From Treponema sp. (GTDB lineage: Bacteria > Spirochaetota > Spirochaetia > Treponematales > Breznakiellaceae), in NCBI GenBank assembly GCA_031274035.1, contig JAISQR010000388.1, positions 1-54,349 on the forward strand: 54,349 bases of DNA, written 5' to 3'. The notes beneath the pieces were generated by a model that saw only the letters and a list, made by a program, of their open reading frames with translations, was not told the DNA's origin and searched no databases. This document shows positions 26,901-35,456 of this stretch, piece by piece. Position numbers and translations under genes: made by a program. The first letter of the stretch is position 1; each line of letters starts with the position of its first letter.

Positions 26901-27399
26901 GCTTCCCGAAAGCCTTGAACGCCTTCTGGATTTTGCCTCAATCAACAGGGATATTCCTTCACTGCTGGACGCGCTAGCCGTAAGCCGGACGGACGGGGCG
27001 GCTGAAGTAAAAAGCAAAGGCTTAAAGATCATGACTATTCACGCGGCCAAGGGGCTTGAATTTGATCATGTCTTTGTACCGGCGTTGGAAGAAGGTATTC
27101 TGCCCTTTACCTTGTTTGAAAGATCCGCGGAAAAGAACGGCAGCCCTGATAGAGCAGGTTTAGATAAGGCGGATTCACGGCATGTGCAAGAGAAAATCGA
27201 TGAAGAACGGCGCATCCTCTATGTAGCCATGACCAGGGCCAGGTTGGGCCTCTACCTTTCTTGGGCCGAATCGCGTAATTTCGGCGGCAGACAGCTTAAA
27301 TGCAATATAAGCCGCTTCCTTTCGGAACTGCAAAACCTTGTCCCGCTTCTGGAAGATCGCAAACCACGGCCGCGCAATCCGCAAGGGGAGTTGTTTTAG
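23956..27399 (+). CDS. Fusion protein: EndoQ-like (TIGR00375/PHP-type) nuclease domain + UvrD/PcrA-type SF1 helicase
   Basis: N-terminal part: IADIHIHSSYSRATGKNISP..GIDLLGAGDCTHPRW, FFPQEGKYHYEGHRKCG, CPVCGKALTPGVMGRVLELADR. C-terminal part: IIAGPGTGKT, ITFTIKAAAEMRERI, VDEYQDINFAQ, GFRGS, TIHAAKGLEF, ILYVAMTRAR. The two are joined by a P/A/G-rich linker. Confidence 0.75.
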   Translation: MRVIADIHIHSSYSRATGKNISPAALERWAGIKGIDLLGAGDCTHPRWLKELREQLDDAEDGFYALKEKYRTAFDKGPALTQGLPRPLYTSLLPRFVLTGEISTIYKQGNRTRKVHHLVILPNFEAAANFQVLLERIGNIRSDGRPILGINSEELLRLLLKADERSLLIPAHIWTPWFSALGGNSGFDSIEECYGDLAPYIPAVETGLSSNPPMNWALSSLDRFSIVSNSDAHSPEKLGREASVFEMDMSYSSLNRALRRHRLEWEARNGAPGTAEKAGEGVAATIEFFPQEGKYHYEGHRKCGFYAGPGDRAAGGMCPVCGKALTPGVMGRVLELADRPVNEAAVCPPEPGASNKRPYISLIPLKELLGELLETGPSSKKVSAAYAYLIEKAGNELSLLMDMETGHIEKLKCPGLSGELLAASVDRMRRAEIFISPGYDGEYGVIRTFSPGALKTGAGTAGLFDDEPPPAAASPAGIPPAGNTAERTRSAYTPRQGAGNAGPHGRQNTAARPPVEEKALPAFTPNADQEQAVSFSGSHGLIIAGPGTGKTAVLTARIVRMMRRGIRPETILAITFTIKAAAEMRERIARLTGPDSGITAATFHSFCLSLLREQQIGADTLEDFNIISESERKTILEAVCKAKTEKGRIGPEGLGKYIEERKRFLLLPGETFPLPGNKAEILSGGLEEQAIPHADPLMENLYKHYREELRSRALLDYDDLIAGAVRLLAFNPDILAQYRSRFNHILVDEYQDINFAQYGLIRLLAPGGEDSVPADAGRSFTVIGDPNQAIYGFRGSDKRFIDRFIQDYPGAGMFRLSKSFRCAAPITRAAGQLVQVKIEGNTNEVKLCRFEYPTEKSEAEGIARRIAALTGGTSFFAHDSGVTDGESGAALEDCAVLLRTGVLAGPIIKAVKDHGLPFTLTGDQPWWEDEPAGTILAFLRENQDVKNKPSPAEGRVQAADAIKAAWEVFVAQGAIKYQAGKPLPESLERLLDFASINRDIPSLLDALAVSRTDGAAEVKSKGLKIMTIHAAKGLEFDHVFVPALEEGILPFTLFERSAEKNGSPDRAGLDKADSRHVQEKIDEERRILYVAMTRARLGLYLSWAESRNFGGRQLKCNISRFLSELQNLVPLLEDRKPRPRNPQGELF

Positions 27400-27599
27400 C
27401 GGCGCGTCGGATTCAGTGCAAAAACGGCATGTGCTCACGGCCGCAAAAAAAGGATACGCAAAAGTTTTTTTTGTAGTATTCAGTGCCGTCGTTTGGCTTG
27501 CCGCCTTGCGGACGATTCAATTTCAATATTTCATCCTTTGAGTTAGAAATTTTGGGAAAGGAGCGTATGTTAAAGTATTATATTAGATATGGAGAATAC

Positions 27600-28169
27600 A
27601 TGAAAAAAATAACCTTATTTGTTTCCGTTTGTATGCTGATTCAGGTTTTCTTGACGGCCCCTGCTGTAGAGGCTCAATCCAAGGACATACCGGACAATAT
27701 ACAGACGGCGTTTTCCAGGGCGGGCATCCCATTTTTAAAGCGGAGCCTTCCCATTACCGATTTTACCCTGCCTCTTCTGGATGGGAAGAATGTCAAACTG
27801 AGCAGCTTCAAGGGTAAAGTGGTATTTTTGAATTTCTGGGCCACCTGGTGTCCGCCCTGCCGGAACGAGATGCCTTCCATGGAAGTTCTGTACCAGCGTT
27901 ACCGTAACAAGGGCCTTGAATTTCTTGCCGTGGATGTTATGGAGGGAAAGGAAGAAGTTAGTTCTTTTATGAAGGATTTCAGCCTCAGCTTCCCTGCCGC
28001 TCTTGACAGTTCAGGCAATGTAAGCGGCTTGTACGGCATACGGGGTATACCCACCACCTTTATCATAGATCGGCAGGGAATGATAATCGTTGCCTCGATA
28101 GGCGGCAGGGAATGGAACACGCAGGCCGTGTTCAATGCCTTCGATCTGCTCCTGAGCTATGGCGAATGA
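27600..28169 (+). CDS. TlpA/ResA-family periplasmic thiol-disulfide oxidoreductase
   Basis: Signal peptide MKKITLFVSVCMLIQVFLTAPAVEA and active site WATWCPPCRNEMP. The ATG at 27600 has a GGAG 6 nt upstream. Confidence 0.85.
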   Translation: MKKITLFVSVCMLIQVFLTAPAVEAQSKDIPDNIQTAFSRAGIPFLKRSLPITDFTLPLLDGKNVKLSSFKGKVVFLNFWATWCPPCRNEMPSMEVLYQRYRNKGLEFLAVDVMEGKEEVSSFMKDFSLSFPAALDSSGNVSGLYGIRGIPTTFIIDRQGMIIVASIGGREWNTQAVFNAFDLLLSYGE

Positions 28170-29184
28170 CATCTCCATTCCGGCGGCTTTTATCGCCGGA
28201 ATGCTTTCCTTTTTGTCGCCATGCGTATTGCCGCTGGTGTCCTCATGGCTTGTCTTTTTAAGCGGGGCGCAGGCGGGTTCCGGCGCGGTTGGGGGAAAAT
28301 CGCGGCAGCCGGACGCCGGGAGAGCGGACGGCTCTGATGATACCGGACATACTTCCCCTCTTCATGAAAAAACCTCAAACGTTATTTATCAAAAGGAGAT
28401 GGTTATTTCTACCCTCTTCTTTATACTTGGTTTTAGTATAGTCTTTATTGTTCTAAGCATAATACTCTCAACTTTTATGTTTTTTCTGAGCGGTATCAAT
28501 ACTATCATAAACTATACGGCGGGGATTATTGTAATCATCCTGGGCCTCAACATCATTTTTAACTTTATACCTTTCCTGAATTATGAAAAACGTCTCCATC
28601 CTGACCGCCCGCGGGGCTTGGCCGGCGCCCTGTTTACCGGCATTGCCTTCGGCGCGGGCTGGACCCCCTGCATAGGCCCCATTCTGGGGAGCATACTGCT
28701 CATGGCAGGCCAGGACGGCAGGCTGCTTCCGGCTGTTATCTGCCTTATTGTGTATTCCGCCGGCCTTGGACTGCCCTTCCTGGCCGCCGCGTTTTTCTGG
28801 GGGGCCTTTATACGGCGCCTTGCCAGGCTGAAAAGCATCGTGCCGCTTATATCCAGGATAAGCGGTGTATTTATCATCGGCGTTGGTATTTTTATCTTTA
28901 CGGGACGTTTTAGCGCCCTAAGCAGTTTTTTCCTGAGAAACGGCTATGCTATCGCCTCTTGGTCAAAAAGCGGCGGTCCCCAGGCACGGTTTCTGCCGGC
29001 GCTGATCTTTCTGATCATAGCGCTGCTCCCGCCGGTACTGCGTGCCATTAAAAAAAGACCTGTCTTTTCGCGCGGCATTATCGTAGCCTCCGGCATCTTT
29101 CTTGCCCTTGCGATCACTCAGGCCGCGGGCATTCTTAACTGCATGGAACTGCTTGCCAGGTGGTTTATGTTTATCGGTGTATAA
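28159..29184 (+). CDS. ccdA: Cytochrome c biogenesis protein CcdA / DsbD-family transmembrane reductant transporter
   Basis: FLSPCVLPLV and GWTPCIGPILG motifs. Overlaps the tlpA-like gene by 11 nt. Carries a hydrophilic insertion after TM1 and extra C-terminal TM segments. Confidence 0.8.
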   Translation: MANDISIPAAFIAGMLSFLSPCVLPLVSSWLVFLSGAQAGSGAVGGKSRQPDAGRADGSDDTGHTSPLHEKTSNVIYQKEMVISTLFFILGFSIVFIVLSIILSTFMFFLSGINTIINYTAGIIVIILGLNIIFNFIPFLNYEKRLHPDRPRGLAGALFTGIAFGAGWTPCIGPILGSILLMAGQDGRLLPAVICLIVYSAGLGLPFLAAAFFWGAFIRRLARLKSIVPLISRISGVFIIGVGIFIFTGRFSALSSFFLRNGYAIASWSKSGGPQARFLPALIFLIIALLPPVLRAIKKRPVFSRGIIVASGIFLALAITQAAGILNCMELLARWFMFIGV

Positions 29185-29282
29185 AAGAACAGAGAGCAGA
29201 TACAAAGATGAATCCTGTTCTACCGTCCCCCTCTATTCCTTCCTATCTTAACTTTTATTGTATATTCGGTTATATTAGTTCA

Positions 29283-30965
29283 ATGGCAGCAACTGTTGAT
29301 GATAAAAAAATAATCTACTCTATGTACCGTGTCTCTAAAAGGCATGGTACTAAGCAGGTACTCAAAGATATCAGTCTTTCCTATTTTTATGGCGCCAAGA
29401 TCGGCGTGATAGGGCTTAACGGATCGGGGAAATCGAGCCTCCTTAAAATACTTGCCGGTGCGGACAAGGAATTCTCAGGGGAAACCGCGGTCAGCCCGGG
29501 TTACACCGTAGGTTATCTGGAACAGGAACCCTATCTTGAACCGGGGAAGACCGTCAAGGAAATTGTTTCCGAGGGTGTGCAGGAGTTGATAGATCTGCTC
29601 GCGGAATTTGACAAGGTAAGTGAGGCCTTTGCGGATCCCGATGCCGATTACGACAAGTTAGGGAAAAAGCAGGCCGCATTGCAGGAAAAGATTGAAGCCG
29701 CCGACGGCTGGAACCTCGACAGCCGCCTCGACTTGGCTATGGACGCGCTCCGCTGCCCGCCGGCGGAGCGGCTTGTGGATCAGCTTTCAGGCGGCGAGAG
29801 GCGGCGCGCGGCCCTCTGCCGCGTCCTCCTTAAAAAGCCGGATATCCTCCTCCTCGACGAACCTACCAACCACCTTGACGCGGAAACGGTTGCATGGCTG
29901 GAAAAGCACCTCCGCGAGTATGCGGGAACGATCATAGCCGTTACCCACGACCGCTACTTCCTTGACAATGTTGCGGGCTGGATTCTGGAACTGGACCGCG
30001 GCGAGGGCATCCCTTGGAAAGGGAACTATTCAAGCTGGCTTGAGCAGAAGGAAGCGCGTCTTGCCGTAGAAGAAAAGGAGGAAAGCGAACGGCGCAGAAC
30101 CTTACAGCGGGAACTTGAATGGATCAGGATGAGCCCCAGGGGACGCCACGCCAAGAGCAAGGATCGCATCGCCCGTTATGAAGCGCTATACCAGGATAGC
30201 GAGCGGGAAAAGATACGGGAAAACCGTATCACTATTCCATCAGGGCCCCGTCTAGGCCAGTTTGTGATCGAGGCGAAGGGCTTGTCCAAGGCTTTTGACG
30301 ACAGACTCCTCTTTGACAATCTGGACTTTACCGTACCGCCGGGGGCCTGTGTGGGAATTATCGGTCCAAACGGGGCGGGTAAGACTACCCTTATTAAGAT
30401 AATCACCGGCGAGGAAAAGCCCGGCGGGGGGAGCATCAGGCTGGGGGAAAGCGTCAAACTGGCCTATGCCGATCAGATGAGGGAAAACCTTGACGGTGAG
30501 AAATCGGTCTGGGAACAGCTTTCCGGCGGACAGGACACTATTAAACTGGGCGGAGTTAAAGAAGTCAACTCGCGCTCCTACTGTGCGTGGTACAATTTTT
30601 CAGGCGCGGATCAGCAAAAAAAGGTTAAGAATCTTTCCGGCGGTGAACGCAACCGGTTGAACCTGGCCCTTATGCTCAGGGAGGGGGCGAATGTACTCCT
30701 CCTTGACGAGCCGACCAATGACTTGGATGTGAATACACTCCGCGCCCTGGAAGACGCTATCAATACCTTTGCGGGGGTAAGCATAGTCATCAGCCACGAC
30801 CGCTGGTTTCTGGACCGGATCGCCACCCACATACTTGCATTTGAAGACGGCGATGTAATCTGGTACGATGGTAACTGGACGGAATATGCCGAATGGCGGA
30901 GGCAGAAGTTCGGAGCCGCGGGGGACAGACCCCACCGTTATGTGTACCGAAAATTAGAAAAATAA
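29283..30965 (+). CDS. ettA: ABC-F translational throttle protein EttA
   Basis: IIYSMYRVSKRHG.KQVLKDISLSYFYGAKIGVIGLNGSGKSS and a second cassette GPNGAGKTT. Signatures LSGGERRR and LSGGERNR. 560 aa from ATG 29283. Confidence 0.9.
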   Translation: MAATVDDKKIIYSMYRVSKRHGTKQVLKDISLSYFYGAKIGVIGLNGSGKSSLLKILAGADKEFSGETAVSPGYTVGYLEQEPYLEPGKTVKEIVSEGVQELIDLLAEFDKVSEAFADPDADYDKLGKKQAALQEKIEAADGWNLDSRLDLAMDALRCPPAERLVDQLSGGERRRAALCRVLLKKPDILLLDEPTNHLDAETVAWLEKHLREYAGTIIAVTHDRYFLDNVAGWILELDRGEGIPWKGNYSSWLEQKEARLAVEEKEESERRRTLQRELEWIRMSPRGRHAKSKDRIARYEALYQDSEREKIRENRITIPSGPRLGQFVIEAKGLSKAFDDRLLFDNLDFTVPPGACVGIIGPNGAGKTTLIKIITGEEKPGGGSIRLGESVKLAYADQMRENLDGEKSVWEQLSGGQDTIKLGGVKEVNSRSYCAWYNFSGADQQKKVKNLSGGERNRLNLALMLREGANVLLLDEPTNDLDVNTLRALEDAINTFAGVSIVISHDRWFLDRIATHILAFEDGDVIWYDGNWTEYAEWRRQKFGAAGDRPHRYVYRKLEK

Positions 30966-30979
30966 ATCGGTATATCCCT

Positions 30980-31008
30980 TTGCGAAACAGCGTTTAACTT
31001 GCTATAAT
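30980..31008 (+). promoter_or_regulatory. Sigma70-like promoter TTGCGA-17-TATAAT placed for a leaderless STAS transcript
   Basis: -35 at 30980-30985 and -10 at 31003-31008. Only 7 nt separate the -10 from ATG 31016, and there is no Shine-Dalgarno. Confidence 0.5.
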
Positions 31009-31015
31009 AAAAGAC

Positions 31016-31357
31016 ATGAAACTAATAATTGGCAGAAAAAATGATATTTTTCTTATTGAAATAACGGGAAAACTGCAACTATTCGATTCTAACGAACTCA
31101 AAGAGTTGATCCTTAAAATGATCAAAAAGAAGATCGAAGTTTTTATCCTCAATATGAAAAATGTCCAGGCGGTAAATTCAAGCGGTATTGGGGCGCTCAT
31201 TTATCTTGCATCAACCGCAAAAAAAATGAACCTTCGGATGGCAATGATCAATGTTAGCGAGGGCGTACAAAAAGCCTTTGAAGTAACAAAACTGGAAACT
31301 TATTTTCCTATACTTCCAAATCTACATACAGCGGTTGAAATGTTTGAAAAGCGCTAA
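31016..31357 (+). CDS. STAS-domain protein (anti-sigma-factor antagonist, SpoIIAA/RsbV-like)
   Basis: 113 aa. The ..VFILNMKNVQAVNSSGIGALIY.. pattern, with a conserved Ser in the phosphorylation position, is typical of STAS. Confidence 0.8.
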   Translation: MKLIIGRKNDIFLIEITGKLQLFDSNELKELILKMIKKKIEVFILNMKNVQAVNSSGIGALIYLASTAKKMNLRMAMINVSEGVQKAFEVTKLETYFPILPNLHTAVEMFEKR

Positions 31358-31510
31358 AATTTGTAGCCGGCAGGGGCGCTTTTGCAATGAACCGCGTTCC
31401 AATGACGAACCCAAGAACCCGCTTGCGAGGGGGAGGGTTCGCGGGCGTTGGGGGTGCGGCATGCTTTTGCACGCCTTTTCGGTTAATTTTTTCTTATCGT
31501 TTAGTCCAAG

Positions 31511-31627
31511 GTACTGGCACTCTAAAAGCCGCGGACACTTCGTGTCCGATGGGACTTTGGTGAATTTTTGCTCAGTGTGCCTTGGGGCACCTTCATGCAA
31601 AAATCCCGATCAATGGGCATACTGTAC
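31511..31627 (-). repeat. Family A repeat, copy A4 (inverted orientation)
   Basis: ..AAGCCGCGGACACTTCGTGTCCGATGGGACTTTGGTGAATTTTTGCTCAGTGTGCCTTGGGGCACCTTCATGCAAAAATCCCGATCAATGGG.. is the reverse complement of the A1 core. Confidence 0.85.
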
Positions 31628-31631
31628 TCTT

Positions 31632-31856
31632 CAGCAATTTTACTTTTAAGAAATTCAACCGCGAAAGGCGCAAAAATACACGAAAAAGGAAAGTATGCTG
31701 CTTCCAAGTACCGCGAAAATACCCAAATTTGAAGAAATTTAACCACAATGCGCACAAAGGTTTTTGTCAGAACGCTTCTTTCCTCCCTTCGTGTCCTTGG
31801 CGGTTGTTTTCTTTTCGTGCATTTCGTGTTTTTCGTGGTTAAAAGTAAAACCGCTG
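31632..31856 (+). mobile_element. Family B element, copy B2: 225-nt non-coding TIR element flanked by a 9-bp direct repeat (MITE-like)
   Basis: TIRs are CAGCAATTTTACTTTTAA and TTAAAAGTAAAACCGCTG (2 mismatches). TGTACTCTT occurs immediately outside both ends (31623-31631 and 31857-31865). Confidence 0.75.
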
Positions 31857-31885
31857 TGTACTCTTCGAGTATTCGGAGTTTGCAA

Positions 31886-31934
31886 GGTATAAATATGAAT
31901 ATTTATACCATTTTATGCGCGAAGCGCAACAAAT
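31886..31934 (+). repeat. Two-hairpin module, family E, copy E2
   Basis: GGTATAAATA-tgaa-TATTTATACC followed by TGCGC-GAA-GCGCA. Aligns with 7094-7141. Confidence 0.75.
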
Positions 31935-32072
31935 TGCTAGAAAGTTTAACCGCACGGACTTTTTGTTCAAAGTTCCTGCTTTTGTCTGCGCGATTCGTAG
32001 TTAAAATTTATATACATAAAGTCTCGGCTAACTTGAGACGTTAAGTATTTTTAGATTTTTCAAACTCCTAAC

Positions 32073-33305
32073 CTAAACCTGACCGGCAAGGAAGACCGCG
32101 TCGGTGTCGGTAAAGGGTTTACCGTAAATATATTCAAAGAGAAAGCGCATATCCTCCGGCGCCATATCCAGAAAACGGCAGCCGAAATACCCCGTAGTAT
32201 GATCCTTGTAACGGCGGACTATGCGGGCATTAGCACTGATAATACGTTTAGGGGCAATCAGCTTTACCGAAAGCTCGCTATCGGGCAGCAGCGAAGAGGA
32301 ACGATTCGAGTGCGGATAGGCAAATAGAAGCCCCGATGCGCTTATATCAACAACTTTACCCTCAAATGGTTCATTTTTCAGGCGGCCCTTTTCAAAATAA
32401 CCGTTTTGTTTAAGGGAAAAAGCCAGCACCTTGGCAAATTGATAGAGAGTATCGATTACGCCATAATCAAAGGGGAGTTTACCCTCTTTATTTATCCAGA
32501 TATGAATATAACCGATTACATACTCCTGAAAGAGCAGGGGAACCCACAGGTCCGAGAAAAAACCGGCGTCATATTTAGCCTTTAAATAACGGCTTATCGC
32601 GTCATCTATATAGGCAATATCGACACCGGTGCTTTCCAGGTATCGTTTGAACATATCAATGGTAATTATCCTTTTTTTAGGATAGGGGTCCACATCTGGA
32701 AAGCTGTTCTGGGTAGAAGGTATATAGAAGGTCTTACCGGTTTCAGATATAATACGCTCTTCAGTGGTAGTAGGTTTTACATCCCTAAAAATAACCAGTT
32801 TATACCCATTAGCATAACCTTTAATCCAAGCCGCCATTTGTTCAATAAGGCCGCTTAAATTCCTGGAATCCAGGTTGTTCATAAAATTCCCCATTTCTTC
32901 CGCTTCGTACTCGGAAATACGGGGGTAGTTGAGGGAATAACGATCACCTCGAAAGGTAAGTTGAACCTGCATATCATGAGGCGTCGTAACCCGCGAAAAA
33001 GAACGATCCAAATTTTTATAGAGGAATTCCGGCGCGTCGGCGAGGATACGTTCATCTTTTACGCTTACTACATCCACAACAAAAGATATAATCTGCCCCC
33101 GGTAATCAAAAATCAGGTCCAGTTTTCTTTTGGGCTTGAGCCCTATAATAGGTCTGTCCGCCTTAAGAAATATCTCAGTTTTGGCCGGTTTTTCTACATA
33201 CAGGATATACTCGGTACGGTTACGGAGATACATAAGCGGAATTTGTTCATCATAAAGCACCTTGAGTAAAAAATCCTTTTCTATTCGCTTAATTGGTGTT
33301 GCCAT
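32073..33305 (-). CDS. PilZ-domain protein (probable c-di-GMP receptor) with a large N-terminal region
   Basis: The C-terminal part has GKVVDISASGLLF (DxSxxG motif) in a PilZ-like beta-barrel context. I could not find a clean RxxxR motif upstream. The size and layout recall spirochaetal DUF1577-type PilZ proteins, from memory. Confidence 0.55.
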   Translation of the reverse strand: MATPIKRIEKDFLLKVLYDEQIPLMYLRNRTEYILYVEKPAKTEIFLKADRPIIGLKPKRKLDLIFDYRGQIISFVVDVVSVKDERILADAPEFLYKNLDRSFSRVTTPHDMQVQLTFRGDRYSLNYPRISEYEAEEMGNFMNNLDSRNLSGLIEQMAAWIKGYANGYKLVIFRDVKPTTTEERIISETGKTFYIPSTQNSFPDVDPYPKKRIITIDMFKRYLESTGVDIAYIDDAISRYLKAKYDAGFFSDLWVPLLFQEYVIGYIHIWINKEGKLPFDYGVIDTLYQFAKVLAFSLKQNGYFEKGRLKNEPFEGKVVDISASGLLFAYPHSNRSSSLLPDSELSVKLIAPKRIISANARIVRRYKDHTTGYFGCRFLDMAPEDMRFLFEYIYGKPFTDTDAVFLAGQV

Positions 33306-33314
33306 AATTCATTC

Positions 33315-33950
33315 CTAGAAAAATCTTTCATAAGGAGAAAATTCATAGGGATAGGGGGCCTTACTTGCAGTTATATCCTGAATCTCTTCCAGTACCAAAT
33401 CATCCACCTGCCAGACTGCCGTTTCAGATTGCTCCCCTGCTTCAAGTTTAAGGTATAATTCACCGCTTATCCACTCGTCCCTGCCAATAAACCGTACCAG
33501 AAAGGAAACTCCCCCGTCAGCTTCTTCCCGTCCGCCGCCAATCCTGAATTTCCTGGGGTTTATTGGTTTTATCCTGGTAAAAAGAGATTCAAATAGGGTT
33601 TTATCCATGGCGCTGATAACCGGCGCCGTTTTATTATCCGCGGCCAGTGCGGTTAAAAGCCCCCGCGCCAGAATATAGGCATCTTCCGGCGCTTCACCCC
33701 TGCCCAGTACCCCAATGATCACATCCTGCGGATACCGGGCGGCTTCTCCGCGCTGGGGCCTATGTATAACATCGGGAACCGCGGCATTCCAGACGTTTTC
33801 CGCCTTTTTTTCTTGCGTACCATCGATGCCATCCTGTACATCCGTTCCTTTTATGCTATTTGGATCCGTCTGTGCGGTGAACAAACATACTATCAGAAAA
33901 AGAATCGTTAAAAGAAGAATAAATCGAATGTTTTTACAAAACACACACAT
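33315..33950 (-). CDS. Secreted hypothetical protein
   Basis: N-terminal hydrophobic signal IRFILLLTILFLIVCLFTAQT. It lies 9 nt upstream of the PilZ gene. No recognisable motif. Confidence 0.5.
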   Translation of the reverse strand: MCVFCKNIRFILLLTILFLIVCLFTAQTDPNSIKGTDVQDGIDGTQEKKAENVWNAAVPDVIHRPQRGEAARYPQDVIIGVLGRGEAPEDAYILARGLLTALAADNKTAPVISAMDKTLFESLFTRIKPINPRKFRIGGGREEADGGVSFLVRFIGRDEWISGELYLKLEAGEQSETAVWQVDDLVLEEIQDITASKAPYPYEFSPYERFF

Positions 33951-34061
33951 TTTTGCTCAACCTTTTCAATATCCTCTCTTCATATTTTAATATGCTTTTC
34001 TCTAAAGATCAAAGGGCTTACAGGGCAAATTGAGGATATAAATTTAAGGGTTATTTTCAGA

Positions 34062-35300
34062 TCAAATCTGAATACCGTTTACGAGCATAGCTATCTTCCT
34101 GCCTCTTTCTTCCAGAGCGGCAAAATTATCGCCGGAAGGATAACCGGCCCATTCAAGCATTTCAAGGTTATTCCATTTAAGGGCCGCGACAGCGGCTTCA
34201 TATTCCTTTCTAGCCCCGCCTGCCCAGCCCCAGGAGCCGATTCGGAGCACATTTTTGCCATAGATATGCTTACGGCGGAATATATCAAGGACGTATGCCA
34301 TAGGCGGGAACATAGCATATTCATAGGTAGGCATGGCAAGGACCAGGGCTGAACTTTTATAGGCAGACGCAAGGACGTATGAGATATTTTCATCGGGCAC
34401 CCGATGGATAGAGTAAGCCGCCCCTTCGGCTTCAATCCCCCTGATTACCGCATCAAGGCCGGCTTTGGTATTTCCATACATAGACCCCCAGATGACGGCT
34501 ATTTCTTTTTCCGCAGGCCCCTTGGCATAAGAAGCGTACTTCTGATAACGCTCAATTATCGCGAGGGGATTTTTCCGCCAGACAATTCCATGGCTGGGCG
34601 CCACGCATTTTATATCAAGCCCGGCAAGTTTCTGTATGGCTTTTTCCACAAAATTTGAAAACGAAGAAACAATATTGGCGTAATAGCGTAAACATTCTTT
34701 TTCAAAGAAGGCATGCTCTTCACCGGTAAATTCATCATCAAAGACCTTAGCCCCCAAAGCGCCAAAAGACCCAAAGGCATCGCAGGAAAAGAGGCAGCCG
34801 GAAACAGGATCCCATGTTACCATCGTTTCAGGCCAGTGGACGTTAGGGGTTTCATAGAATGTGAGTACCTTTCCGTTACCCAAGTCCAGAGTATCCCCGT
34901 CGATAACCGCCTGTAGACCCGTATCTATTTTAAAGAACGATTTTACAAGTGATATACCCTTAGCGGTAGAAAGGACCGCCGCACGGGGATTTTTCTCCCG
35001 AAATTCTTTAAGCCAGCCTGAATGATCCGGCTCAAGATGATTGAGAATAAGATAATCAATGGAAGAAAAATCAAGACCGATAGAATTTAAAGCATATTCC
35101 AACTGTTTAGGGGCATCGGTCCAATCCCGTACCAGATCTATAAGGGCTACTTTTTCACCCTTAACGATATAGGTATTAAGAGAAACCCCGTCAGGAATAG
35201 GCCAAATCCCTTCAAAAAGATCGTCAGTCTGTATATCTGCATGAATGCAGTAAATACCGTCCGAAACAGGCAGGGCTTTCAACATATCAGTAACATCCAT
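34062..35300 (-). CDS. Flavodiiron protein (FprA-type O2/NO reductase: metallo-beta-lactamase + flavodoxin domains)
   Basis: HLEPDHSG (HxExDH), PNVHWPET, FSCDAFG, and the flavodoxin motif VIWGSMYGNT. The ATG at 35300 is preferred over the 35426 start. Confidence 0.9.
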   Translation of the reverse strand: MDVTDMLKALPVSDGIYCIHADIQTDDLFEGIWPIPDGVSLNTYIVKGEKVALIDLVRDWTDAPKQLEYALNSIGLDFSSIDYLILNHLEPDHSGWLKEFREKNPRAAVLSTAKGISLVKSFFKIDTGLQAVIDGDTLDLGNGKVLTFYETPNVHWPETMVTWDPVSGCLFSCDAFGSFGALGAKVFDDEFTGEEHAFFEKECLRYYANIVSSFSNFVEKAIQKLAGLDIKCVAPSHGIVWRKNPLAIIERYQKYASYAKGPAEKEIAVIWGSMYGNTKAGLDAVIRGIEAEGAAYSIHRVPDENISYVLASAYKSSALVLAMPTYEYAMFPPMAYVLDIFRRKHIYGKNVLRIGSWGWAGGARKEYEAAVAALKWNNLEMLEWAGYPSGDNFAALEERGRKIAMLVNGIQI

Positions 35301-35456
35301 AATATGCCTCTCATTCTTTAGACAAAAATTCTCCCCGTTTTGCCGTTGCAAGACGAGGAGAAATGAGAATACTCCTTCTCTTTTATAATAAGAAGGAGTA
35401 GATGCGGCTATTCGGTTCTTCATCAAAGAAGAAACCCCGGATCACCCTTAAATTAT

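Noticed and set aside
31748-32044. 98-aa ORF and neighbouring short ORFs in the 31358-32072 spacer
   Set aside because: They are composed entirely of repeat modules B2, E2 and the B-tail fragment. There are no ribosome-binding sites, and the products are implausible and repeat-derived.
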